Numbered from the stretch's first letter, positions 19,994 through 29,468 are shown. The stretch: DNA of 64,000 nucleotides from Tolypothrix carrinoi HA7290-LM1 (GCA_019358935.1 JAHHIK010000010.1:1-64000); one strand, 5' to 3'. The notes: generated from the letters alone by a model not told the origin. Translations and numbers: made by a program.

Positions 19994-20917
19994 ATGAACG
20001 ACGAATTACCACTTATTATCGAGTGTCGTTGTAACGAAATAACCTATCGCGAGGACAATCCTGCTTTACCCTACTCTCCAAAAGAGATCATCCGCGAAGC
20101 AGTTCGTGCCTGGGAAGCAGGGGCTTCGATTTTCCATTGGCACGGGCGAGATCCAGATAGTGGGAAACCACGCAACGAAGTTGAACTCTATCTCGAAGTG
20201 ATACAGGGAATTCGCGAACAGACGGATCTCCTAATCCATCCGACGCTTGGCTACATTACACAGAATCGGGTAGAGGATCGCGTCCGGCACATCTTGGCAG
20301 TGAACGACGATCCATTGCTGCGGGTTGACATGGTACCAGTGGATTTCGGATCGCTCAACGTGGACTTCTGGAATCCCCAGGCGAAACAGTTTACTAGCTA
20401 CGACCAAGTGTACATTAATACTCGTGCTAACCTCATGGCGGTGCTTGAAGTATTCAAAAAGCACAATCTCTACGTCAGTTCAGTCTGTTGGGACGTAGGG
20501 CAAATGCGAACAGCGCGTTGCTTCCAGGAAATGGGACTTCTGCCACGGGAAACGCTTTGGGAGTTTGTCTTTACTGGGGAAGTGATGCCTGCTGGAGCTG
20601 CGGCGACTATACCGGGTTTGCAGGCGTTCGTGGCTGAGGTTCCTGCGGGTAACCAGTGGCTAGCACTTTGCTGGAATGGAGACGTAATGAGGGTGGCAGC
20701 CTGGGCAATCACGCTTGGCGGACACGTCGGAATTGGACTTGGAGATTATTCTTACACTCGCTTCGGTAAGCCGCATAATGGCGAGTTAGTAGAAAAGGTT
20801 GCGAAGATGGCGCATACACTCGGTCGCCAAGTTGCAACGCCAGCGCAGACCCGCGAGATCCTGAAAATGTCGCCACGAGCTTCCCTGCAAAAAGAGCTAC
20901 ACGCAACTGCTAACTAA
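19994..20917 (+). CDS. DUF849 / beta-keto acid cleavage enzyme family protein
   Basis: NPALPYSP, AGASIFHWHGRD, GGHVGIGLGD, GRQVATPAQTREIL; RBS AGGAGG. Confidence 0.88.
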   Translation: MNDELPLIIECRCNEITYREDNPALPYSPKEIIREAVRAWEAGASIFHWHGRDPDSGKPRNEVELYLEVIQGIREQTDLLIHPTLGYITQNRVEDRVRHILAVNDDPLLRVDMVPVDFGSLNVDFWNPQAKQFTSYDQVYINTRANLMAVLEVFKKHNLYVSSVCWDVGQMRTARCFQEMGLLPRETLWEFVFTGEVMPAGAAATIPGLQAFVAEVPAGNQWLALCWNGDVMRVAAWAITLGGHVGIGLGDYSYTRFGKPHNGELVEKVAKMAHTLGRQVATPAQTREILKMSPRASLQKELHATAN

Positions 20918-20956
20918 TACCAATTCACACAAACCCTGATACACATAGATTTCTCG

Positions 20957-21180
20957 TAGGGGCACATGAGCATTGCTCATTGGTGTCAACTTAAGGTAAA
21001 ACCCCAGTCCCGCAAGGAAATGAATTTCCTTGCTAATAGCTAAAGTCATCTAAAGATGACTAAAATAATGTGAAAAATATAATAGTAAACTGAAGTTTAC
21101 TTTAACTATTAGCCCTGAAATAAATTTCAGGGCGGGTGAGAAAGCCAACAGAAATGTAGGATGGGCAATGCTTGTCCTAC
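20957..21180. mobile_element. Composite REP/MITE-like repeat
   Basis: GTAGGGGCAC...GTAGGATGGGCAATGCTTGTCCTAC ends enclose four short palindromes, e.g. GCAAGGAAAT/ATTTCCTTGC and GCCCTGAAAT/ATTTCAGGGC. Confidence 0.65.
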
Positions 21181-21211
21181 AGAAAAATGTAACTGCGATC
21201 GCTCAAAAATC

Positions 21212-22033
21212 ATGAAACAAAAGATTAAACGAGCTTTTTTAGACACAGAAGATGGACAGATTCTTTATAGAATCGGTGGCGAGGGTGAACCCATACTTTT
21301 GCTGCACATGAACCCCCGCAGTAGTGATGAATATCGCGAACTCATGCCTATCCTGGCTCAACACAGACGAGTCATAGCAATGGATTTGATGGGGTTTGGT
21401 GATTCGGATAAGCCACCCAGAATGTATACGATCGCCGATTACGCGAAAACAGCGATCGCTCTTTTAGATGAATTAGGTATAGAAAAAACGAGTATTTTAG
21501 GAAACCATACAGGTGCTTTTGTAGCCGGAGAAGTAGCAGCAACTTATGGCGATCGCATTGAAAAACTGATCTTAGGTAACGTAGCTGGTTTCGGTGAAGG
21601 AGGACAAGCAGAGCTATTCAGAAGATTTGAGGAAGGTTTTAAAATCAAGGAAGATGGCTCTCACCTCATGGAAAGATGGTTAGCCCGTTCTCGATACGTA
21701 GGCTCTGCCGAATTAAATCATCGTTGGGTTTTAGACGATTTAAAATGTTTTGGTCATCCTTTATACGCAGTTTGGGCTGTAGGCAATTACTGTCTAGATG
21801 CACCAGAAAGATTTCGTTCGATAGAGTGTCCAACTCTCATTATCTGGGGAATTGATGATGTCAAAGAATTTGAAAAACTGAGTTTAGCAAAAGCTGGCGA
21901 TCGCTATTTTCTTTCTCAAGCAATTCCTCATAGCAAAGTCGTTGAATTTGCACAAGGAACAATTTGCATGATGAATCAGATACCTGAAGAAGTAGCGAAG
22001 GCAGTAATCGACTTTCTGAACAATTCGGAATAG
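21212..22033 (+). CDS. Alpha/beta-fold hydrolase-like protein, paralog of 19064-19879
   Basis: Identical N-terminal IKRAFLDTEDGQILYRIGGEGEPILLLHM; GNHTG elbow. Confidence 0.85.
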   Translation: MKQKIKRAFLDTEDGQILYRIGGEGEPILLLHMNPRSSDEYRELMPILAQHRRVIAMDLMGFGDSDKPPRMYTIADYAKTAIALLDELGIEKTSILGNHTGAFVAGEVAATYGDRIEKLILGNVAGFGEGGQAELFRRFEEGFKIKEDGSHLMERWLARSRYVGSAELNHRWVLDDLKCFGHPLYAVWAVGNYCLDAPERFRSIECPTLIIWGIDDVKEFEKLSLAKAGDRYFLSQAIPHSKVVEFAQGTICMMNQIPEEVAKAVIDFLNNSE

Positions 22034-22041
22034 TTCAGCCT

Positions 22042-22494
22042 CTAATTTTCTAGGACTGCTGTACACTTAATCTCTACGATTAGTCCAGGTGTAGATAAAG
22101 CAGTTATCCCAAATCCCGTCCAAGTAGGGAAATTATTAGTGAAATAGCGATCTTTTACTTTCATAAACAGTGGCAGGTGTGGAATGGTAAACTGCTGTTC
22201 TGAAGCATCAGAAGGCTGAACTTGCATACCGAGATTTACTTTTGTCACATGGTAAGTAATCATCTCTACCACATCGTCAAAAGTGGCTCCTGCTGCTGTA
22301 AGTACCTTTTTCACATTCTCGAAAGTCTGGACAAATTGGGCTTCTATTCCCTCTACTACCTGTAAATTTTCATCGCGTCCTACCTGTCCTGAGATATATA
22401 ATGTATTGCCTACCTTAATGCCAGGACAATAGTGAAACTTTTCGTATAAGATTTCCATCCCTTTGGGAATAATGACTTCACGGGTCTTCACCAT
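22042..22494 (-). CDS. Rid (YjgF/YER057c/UK114) family protein
   Basis: LYISGQVG, QTFENV-L-AAG, PTWT, VEIKCTA. Confidence 0.88.
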   Translation of the reverse strand: MVKTREVIIPKGMEILYEKFHYCPGIKVGNTLYISGQVGRDENLQVVEGIEAQFVQTFENVKKVLTAAGATFDDVVEMITYHVTKVNLGMQVQPSDASEQQFTIPHLPLFMKVKDRYFTNNFPTWTGFGITALSTPGLIVEIKCTAVLEN

Positions 22495-22526
22495 CTAAAT
22501 AGCTCCACAATTTTTAAACTGAAATT

Positions 22527-23321
22527 TTAACCTCTCATGGCAGTGACAATCGAACGCGCAGCATCGGATAGCAACCAGGCATCAGCAGCAGGTGTCACGA
22601 AATCATAGCCCTTAGCGAACAGTTCGCGACCTCCTGCGGCATGGCGACTGATGCCTGCAAGCCAACAATCGGGGGTGGAGTGGACTATTGCTTCAGCTTC
22701 CGCCATCAGTCGGTCAAGTTCTGAATTATCGTAAGTTCCAAACTTGCTCAGTGCAGCAAAATCGTCCACGATGTCTGCCGTCAGATCGCCTGGTCCTAAA
22801 AATACCATATCAATCCCGTCAACTGCGGCAATTTCCTTAACATTCTCAAAACCCCGACGGGTTTCAACGATTACGGCTATAAGTAGGTTCTCCCGATAAT
22901 TGGCAGGATACTCTAGCTCTGCCAAACCCCAGTTAGCTGCTCGGGACTCCGGATAACCAACACCTCGGTGTCCACCATGAGGTCGATAGCGGGTTGCAGC
23001 AACGATTGCTCGCGCTTCATCTGCTGATTCTACAGTCGGAACGAGTATACCTTCCACGCCCATATCCAAGGCTCGCTTGATATAGACTGGATCGTGTGAA
23101 GGCACACGCAAAATGCAGGTGACATCTGTTGCCTGAGCAGCACGGAGTTGCTCTACTAGGACGTGCATATCCGTAGCGCCATGTTCGTGGTCGATGATAA
23201 AGGCATCGAACCCACACATAGAAAGAAGTTCGATTGAGTCACTATCTGAGAAAAAAATCCAGCAACCGATTGGTTGGGAATCGGTTTGGAGCATTTTCTT
23301 CAGCCTATTAGGTCTGAACAT
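22527..23321 (-). CDS. HpcH/HpaI family aldolase
   Basis: IIDHEH, LRVP, IKRALDMG, IVET, FLGPGDL. Confidence 0.9.
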   Translation of the reverse strand: MFRPNRLKKMLQTDSQPIGCWIFFSDSDSIELLSMCGFDAFIIDHEHGATDMHVLVEQLRAAQATDVTCILRVPSHDPVYIKRALDMGVEGILVPTVESADEARAIVAATRYRPHGGHRGVGYPESRAANWGLAELEYPANYRENLLIAVIVETRRGFENVKEIAAVDGIDMVFLGPGDLTADIVDDFAALSKFGTYDNSELDRLMAEAEAIVHSTPDCWLAGISRHAAGGRELFAKGYDFVTPAADAWLLSDAARSIVTAMRG

Positions 23322-23371
23322 AATTCGCTATACTATACATTACCTCCAACGCCTCAATAATTGTATATTGA

Positions 23372-23598
23372 AGAAGGCAGAAGGCAGAGGGCAGAGGGCA
23401 GAAGGAACAAGTCAGAAGGGGATGAAAAAAGGCGTGTCGCCGGACAGAACCTTCTGTCCGGCGAACCGCCGCCCCCTCCTGACTTGGAGCCACTGAACAA
23501 GAGTTCAGTGGGGGTCTTAAACCCTTGTTCCCTTCGGTCACACTTCTAGGGCAGGAGGCAGTATTCCTTCAGCATAGCTGCCTCCTGCCCTCTGCCTT
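23372..23598. repeat. Composite repeat: (GGCAGAA/GGCAGAG)n heptamers with nested palindromes
   Basis: Hairpins TCGCCGGACAGAA/TTCTGTCCGGCGA and CCACTGAAC/GTTCAGTGG; inverted CTGCC ends. Confidence 0.65.
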
Positions 23599-23883
23599 TT
23601 TTGATAAATATCCACCCAATCTCCTTGATGACGAACCAGAACGGGTATTTATTCTCGGATGAAAGTTGCGATCGCACTTTTTTTATTTACAGTATTTTGT
23701 TAATAAATCGTCGCTTGCTAAAAGTTAGACAATATTTAGATATTCGCGTTACCGATTCACAATCCGAGGATGCGATCGCTTATTTCTACTTTTTAGTCTT
23801 TCTGCTGTTCGTTCAACAATGTGAAAATCTAAATTTTCGTCTCGGAAAAACTTCAAGAAACTTTCTTCTCCAAATCAGCTTAA

Positions 23884-25272
23884 TCATTGAAGCCTCCGTT
23901 TCACTTCTTCAGCCAAATTAGCCAATTCTACTTCTACTTGCTCACCTGTTTTCAAATCTTTGAGCGAGGATTTTTGCGCTGCGGCTTCTTCAGAACCAAT
24001 AATTACACAGAATTGAATTCCTTGTTTTTCTGCTAGCTGGAATTGTTTACCCAATCCTCGTTTGTCAAAACTAGTTATAACATTAATGCCAGCCTTACGG
24101 AGCATTTGAGACACATTTAAATAAATGGGCATCAAATCCTCTTGCATATTTACTACCATCACCTGTGCTGGTGTGGCAGCTAAGGTATTGAGAATACCAG
24201 CTTTTAACAATCTACTAATTAAACGAGTTAAGCCGATAGAAATGCCGACACCAGGCATTTTATCACCGATAAATGTTCCTACTAATTCTTCATATCTGCC
24301 ACCAGAGCAAATACTGCCTAAAGCTTCATGTCCTAATAAAGTTGTTTCGTAAACTGTGCCCGTATAATAATCTAAACCACGAGCGATCGCTAAATCTATA
24401 CAAAACCTATTTTCGGCTACTCCAAGATTACGTACACCTGCAATCACCGTTTCTATTTCAGCAACTCCCAGACTAAATTGCTCGGCTTCTGGCAGATTTT
24501 GCGCGAGGTGCTTGAGTTTATCTAATACCTCATCAACTGTACCGTCAATTTTAATAAAATCAATTATTTTTTGTGTCTGTTCTGCTAAAATGCCTTCTTT
24601 TTCTAACTCCTGCTTAACTTTAACTTCGCCGATTTTTTCTAAATTATCAATGATGCCGATACAGGATTTTATTTTATTCTCTGCAATACCTACAGACTGA
24701 AAGAAACCTGTGAGAATTTTCCGATTGTTGATGCGAATTAGAAAATCACCAATATGAATTGCTTCAAATATCTCAGAGATAATTGCAGGCATCTGAGCAT
24801 CATAAAGTAAGCTGAGTTCACGACGCGCAACTACATCAATATCGCACTGCCGAAACTGACGAAAACGCCCATCTTTTGCCCTTTCTCCACGAAAAACTAC
24901 ATCCATTTGGTAGCGGGCAAAGGGAAAGGTTAATTCATTCAAGTGACGGGCAATATAAGCTGCTAGAGGAACTGTTTGGTCAAATTTTAAAGCGCGTGCT
25001 TCTGAACCGGTTTCACCTGCTTTATCCCTCTCAGCCTGCCGATTTGGTGGCAAGATGGGGTCAATCCCATAAATAATATTGTCGCCTTGATTACCTTTGG
25101 CTTGCAAAACTTCTAAGCGTTCTACTGCGGGAGTTTCAATAGGTGTAAATCCATAACTTTCAAAAACCCTGCGGATGATATCTAGCAAATATAATTCCAA
25201 GCGCTTTTCGCTAGGAAGAAATTCTGGAAATCCGCTAGGGGTGGAAAAATTAATTTTGTCAGCTTTTGCCAT
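23884..25272 (-). CDS. hisS: Histidine--tRNA ligase
   Basis: FRGER-GRFRQFRQCD, ARGLDYYTG, GGRY, GISIGLTRL; C-terminal anticodon domain. Confidence 0.96.
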   Translation of the reverse strand: MAKADKINFSTPSGFPEFLPSEKRLELYLLDIIRRVFESYGFTPIETPAVERLEVLQAKGNQGDNIIYGIDPILPPNRQAERDKAGETGSEARALKFDQTVPLAAYIARHLNELTFPFARYQMDVVFRGERAKDGRFRQFRQCDIDVVARRELSLLYDAQMPAIISEIFEAIHIGDFLIRINNRKILTGFFQSVGIAENKIKSCIGIIDNLEKIGEVKVKQELEKEGILAEQTQKIIDFIKIDGTVDEVLDKLKHLAQNLPEAEQFSLGVAEIETVIAGVRNLGVAENRFCIDLAIARGLDYYTGTVYETTLLGHEALGSICSGGRYEELVGTFIGDKMPGVGISIGLTRLISRLLKAGILNTLAATPAQVMVVNMQEDLMPIYLNVSQMLRKAGINVITSFDKRGLGKQFQLAEKQGIQFCVIIGSEEAAAQKSSLKDLKTGEQVEVELANLAEEVKRRLQ

Positions 25273-25310
25273 GCCTTTTTTGGAATTAAAACTTCAAAAT
25301 GCCAATTAGC

Positions 25311-25757
25311 TTATCGTAGCCGTTCTTCTTGGATCAGGGTGCGTTGATAGATTTGATGGTTCTTAAACCAATGCCAAGTGCGAGCGCGATAGTTATTGTC
25401 AGGGCTAATTTGGATCATTTCATATAAAGACATTTCTGGCATTGTTTTATAAGAAAACCACAAAATCACGGTGGAATCGTCTGCTTCCCAGGCTTTCCCT
25501 TGAATGCGTTCTGTATCAAACCAGAGTTTTTTATCTTGGTAGGTTCCGGGAAACTGATGTTCTTCGTGTTTACCGTCAGACCAGTTGTAGCGATTAACTT
25601 GGTAGTAGGGATAAGGACCGTTTTCTGGAAACTCACAGGTTAAGTGAGATTCATGCTTGTCGAGGATTTTTCCTGCTGTATCAATCAGTGTATACGTACC
25701 TACCCAATCTCCTTTGTGGCGGAAAAGAACGGGCATTTCTTCTTTAATGGTAGACAT
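25311..25757 (-). CDS. DUF3598-like lipocalin/beta-barrel protein
   Basis: N-terminal GDW-GTY motif and aromatic beta-strand pattern ending RARTWHWF. Confidence 0.7.
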   Translation of the reverse strand: MSTIKEEMPVLFRHKGDWVGTYTLIDTAGKILDKHESHLTCEFPENGPYPYYQVNRYNWSDGKHEEHQFPGTYQDKKLWFDTERIQGKAWEADDSTVILWFSYKTMPEMSLYEMIQISPDNNYRARTWHWFKNHQIYQRTLIQEERLR

Positions 25758-25911
25758 AATAAAACTCCTATTAACGAACCGCAGAGAACGCGGAGGACAC
25801 AGAGGAATGAGAGGAGCGATCTTGGTTTTTGCCTAAGTTTTGATAAATTCTGGATTTACGTTATTACTCTTAAAATCTCAGCATATCCATAAGATTAAAA
25901 TAGCTCTGGCT

Positions 25912-27327
25912 TTATTGGCTATTAAACCACCAAGGGTCGCTAACAGTGTTAGTTTTCACCAAAAATGCTTTTTTCCGCATGAATCGTGTCAGCGCGGCTG
26001 GTCCCATGCGCGAACCTCCCATACCTGAGAATTTAAAGGCGTTTTTTTCTCCCTCGTGCATGAGAGCGGTGAGTGCAGCATCGTTGATACTGATTGCTCC
26101 TGCATCTATCTGCTGGGCGACTTTTAATGCTTCTGCTTCCGAGCCAAAGACAGCAGCACTTAGCCCATAAATGGTATCGTTGGCTAATGCGATCGCTTCT
26201 TCAATTCTAGAAAAAGCCATCACCGGCATAATTGGTCCAAAAGTCTCTTCGGTCATCACTTTCATCGAATGGTTAACACTTGTGAGAACTGTTGGACGAC
26301 ACCACCAACCACCACTCAATTGCTCTACTTCCCCACCGCAGTGAATTACCGCTTTTTTAGACACTGCGTCTTGCAAATGGTCTTTAATAATTGCTGCTTG
26401 TCTTTCGGCAATAATCGGACCGATTTCGCCATCTTCAATTTTAGGATGAGCCAGCCGCAGGCGATATGCTTTAGTTACAAGTTGATGGTAAAACTTATCA
26501 AAAATAGATTCAGCAACATAAATTCTCTCAATCGACAAGCAAGATTGTCCGGTGTTGACGACGGAACCCCACAAAATTGCTGATGTTGCTAATTCTATAT
26601 CGGCTGATTCTAAAACGATCGCCGGGTCTTTTCCGCCTAATTCTAAAAAAGCAGGAATAAACTGTCTCGCTGCTGCTTCTGCTACTTTTCGTCCGGTGGC
26701 TACACTGCCGGTAAAGCACACCAAATCCACATTGTCAATTAATGCGGCTCCAGTTTCGCCGGCTCCCTCAATAAAAGTTAATATATCGCGTAATTTGGGA
26801 ACGCTGTTAAGTGTCGCTAACAAAGGTGCCACGAAGCGGGGAGCAATTTCACTGGGTTTGACAATGACGGCACAACCCGCTAGCAATGCAGGAATCGTAT
26901 CAATCGTAGACAGCAATAAGGGAAAATTCCAGGGGCTAATCACCCCAACTAGCGAATAAGGAACCGCTGTTTGTTGCAGTTCGATAAACGGTATTGCTGT
27001 ACCTTTTTCCAAGTCTTGTAATAATTTTGGCGCTAATCCACACCAGCGATCGATGCTGGAGAGGAATGAGTCAATTTCCAGCACCGAGATGGATAATCTG
27101 CCCGTATCAGCAACTAAAGCTTCAGTCAGTTTATCACGCCCAGATAATATCGCTTGCTTCCACTGCTGTAAAGCTTCTATTCGCCCTTCTAAACCAATTT
27201 GCAGCCAGCTTTTTTGCGCCCTCCGCAAACGGCTACATTGTTGTGCCAGAAGCTTTGAAGGTGGCGGTATAATCACGTAGTCATATTTTCCGGTTCGGGG
27301 GTTGCGAACTTCTATTGGTTTGGTCAT
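25912..27327 (-). CDS. Aldehyde dehydrogenase
   Basis: PWNFP, KPSE, FTGS, LELGGKD, GQSC, EETFGP. Confidence 0.95.
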   Translation of the reverse strand: MTKPIEVRNPRTGKYDYVIIPPPSKLLAQQCSRLRRAQKSWLQIGLEGRIEALQQWKQAILSGRDKLTEALVADTGRLSISVLEIDSFLSSIDRWCGLAPKLLQDLEKGTAIPFIELQQTAVPYSLVGVISPWNFPLLLSTIDTIPALLAGCAVIVKPSEIAPRFVAPLLATLNSVPKLRDILTFIEGAGETGAALIDNVDLVCFTGSVATGRKVAEAAARQFIPAFLELGGKDPAIVLESADIELATSAILWGSVVNTGQSCLSIERIYVAESIFDKFYHQLVTKAYRLRLAHPKIEDGEIGPIIAERQAAIIKDHLQDAVSKKAVIHCGGEVEQLSGGWWCRPTVLTSVNHSMKVMTEETFGPIMPVMAFSRIEEAIALANDTIYGLSAAVFGSEAEALKVAQQIDAGAISINDAALTALMHEGEKNAFKFSGMGGSRMGPAALTRFMRKKAFLVKTNTVSDPWWFNSQ

Positions 27328-27549
27328 TGAGAATAGGTAATTGGTGATGGGTAATTGGTAATGGGGAATAGGTAATTGAGAATGGGGAATTGGTCATTGA
27401 GAATAGGTAATTGGGAACGTGAGAATAGGTAATTGGGAATTATTTTTATTCCTCATTCCCCATCACCCATCACCCATTACCCCTGATCCCACTTTCCACT
27501 CCCCATTACCCATTACCCATTACCCATTACCCATTACCCATTACCAATT
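27322..27549. repeat. STRR heptamer arrays (GGTAATT/GGGAATT)n and (CCCATTA)n
   Basis: Tandem heptamers in opposite orientations; the last units overlap the nitrilase stop codon. Confidence 0.85.
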
Positions 27550-28586
27550 ACCCCTAATTTTCCTAGACGCTCGATGGTTTCTTGCTGTGTTTGGATAAAG
27601 TGTTTGCGGTCTACTTCTTTATTTAGCATAGTGTTTGCTGGGTAGAAATGGGACTGGCGGTAACTTTCTGCGTATAGCTCAAATCGCTGCCGTGAAAGTA
27701 AATTATTTAACCCTGGTCGGTGGCGATCGCGTCGTAAAGCTGCCAGGTCAATCTCGGCAAAAGCTGCCATGCTCTCACCTGCATCAGCTTGAGTTAAAAC
27801 AATTCCTCGATGGTCAATAATTTTAGAACCACCATCAGCCGATGCAATAGGAATCGGGATATTTGCAATGCCTGCTGTATTGCTTGAGACTACGTATGCC
27901 ATATTTTCTACTGCACGGCTGATTTTTGCGGCATCTTTAGGCGTTAACATTTTGCTATACACTTCTGATGTCGAATGCAGAAAAATCTCTGCACCGCGCA
28001 TTGCTAGACACCGCGCTACTTCTGGATATAAAATTTCTTCTGATGCGATCGCTGCCAAATTACCGATCGCCGTCTTCGCTACCGGAAAAACACCCTCTAA
28101 TCCGTAGCAATCTAGATACTTATCCCAGACATCGTGGGGTGTGGGGGCAAACATCGAATTCAGCCGTCGATACCGCAAGACAATTGACCCTGAGGGGTCG
28201 ATAACAAAGCAGGTTTGGAAGTACAATCCTGGAAAGTTCGGATCGAGTTCGTAGGCGTTTCCCGCCAAGAAGATATTATGCTTTTGGGCTATTTTACCAA
28301 GAGCTTCATACTCAGCACCAGCCATTTCCAAACAGGCTTTTTCTGCCCACACTGCTAAAGATTCTCCCATCGGAAAGCCTGTAAGAAAGTATTCCGGCAG
28401 GACAATTAAACGGCAGTCAAAGCCAATAAAAGCGATACTGCCAGCGATTTGTTGCGCCAAGCGGTTGATGGTTTGCTGCATGAGCGATCGCGCTTGGGTT
28501 CGATCGCTGGCTTGGTTAACTGCGTGGCACGTTACTTGAAGTGCCAAGGCACGAAATGAGTCTGTATTATCCGTATTAGCTGCCAT
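27534..28586 (-). CDS. Nitrilase-superfamily carbon-nitrogen hydrolase (atypical)
   Basis: LIVLPEY, YRRLN, ASEEILYPE-AR-LA-GAE, SRAVEN-YV-SN, GGSKIID-G. Confidence 0.85.
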   Translation of the reverse strand: MAANTDNTDSFRALALQVTCHAVNQASDRTQARSLMQQTINRLAQQIAGSIAFIGFDCRLIVLPEYFLTGFPMGESLAVWAEKACLEMAGAEYEALGKIAQKHNIFLAGNAYELDPNFPGLYFQTCFVIDPSGSIVLRYRRLNSMFAPTPHDVWDKYLDCYGLEGVFPVAKTAIGNLAAIASEEILYPEVARCLAMRGAEIFLHSTSEVYSKMLTPKDAAKISRAVENMAYVVSSNTAGIANIPIPIASADGGSKIIDHRGIVLTQADAGESMAAFAEIDLAALRRDRHRPGLNNLLSRQRFELYAESYRQSHFYPANTMLNKEVDRKHFIQTQQETIERLGKLGVIGNG

Positions 28587-28653
28587 GCTACTTGCTTTGT
28601 TCAATATTTCATGACGTTATTTCTTGGATGCGTAGACGTGTAGCGGTTTGTCG

Positions 28654-29409
28654 CTAGACACCACCCCAAAGCGCCCGAATTAGTTTGTTAGTCAATTCCG
28701 TACCCAGCATCTGCGCTGCTAACTTGTTGCCTGGATCGCGTTCAGCGCTGCTACGGCGCAAAAACAAGTCGCGTTCAGCCAAGCCAGCCCGCGCATCTTC
28801 TGGCATTGGTTCAGCCTCGTCTACCCACGTCAGCCAGCGTTCCAGCATTTCGTGTGCAAGTGTGCGAATCAGGTTAAGTGTGTCATCCGTAGCTGAACAG
28901 GTGTAGCAGAGGCTAATAGGCGATTGAAACTGGCGGACATACAAGCTCTTGCTAGTAAATAATGACAGACTGGGATTGCTGTGCAAACTCAGGAATGTTT
29001 CATTAACTGGCTCATAGTAGCGATCCAGATATTCCAGGTCAATCAAAATATCAGTTCGGGGGATGTAATCAATGTAAAAAAAAATATTTGGAAACGTGCC
29101 AAACTCAAACGCCAGATGAGGAACCCGGATATGCGATCGCAACCAGGTAGTCAGACGCATCGTGCTGAAGCTTGATTGTTCGGTCTTGGCAAACCACCCA
29201 TGCACTAACCAATCAATTTCTTCTCCAGAGAAGGTATTGAGCGAACCGTGTGCCTCTCCTGTCGTGGCAGAATAGCTCTGTAAGCTTTTCGTAGAAGGTT
29301 CTGGATGTAGCGTAAAACGAGCATCCAACTTCTGCTTGAGTTCGTTTGTAATACCCCATAACTGTTCAAATATAGCTGTATTGTCTACATTAGGTTGTTG
29401 CGAAATCAT
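28654..29409 (-). CDS. Red chlorophyll catabolite reductase-like protein (ferredoxin-dependent bilin reductase family)
   Basis: G-L-FSG-IDWLV-W, WL-RVPHL-FEF, DYIPR-D-YLDRYY, S-SLYVR-SP, W-W, ERD and DP motifs typical of RCCR. Confidence 0.8.
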   Translation of the reverse strand: MISQQPNVDNTAIFEQLWGITNELKQKLDARFTLHPEPSTKSLQSYSATTGEAHGSLNTFSGEEIDWLVHGWFAKTEQSSFSTMRLTTWLRSHIRVPHLAFEFGTFPNIFFYIDYIPRTDILIDLEYLDRYYEPVNETFLSLHSNPSLSLFTSKSLYVRQFQSPISLCYTCSATDDTLNLIRTLAHEMLERWLTWVDEAEPMPEDARAGLAERDLFLRRSSAERDPGNKLAAQMLGTELTNKLIRALWGGV

Positions 29410-29468
29410 TGTTTGTCTTTGCTTTGTTTGTATAAACTTAATGTAAACGAAGAACTCCAGGTAATAGC

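Noticed and set aside
23194..23921. Short ORFs between the aldolase and hisS
   Set aside because: Repeat-derived or low-complexity, overlap real genes, and show no motifs.
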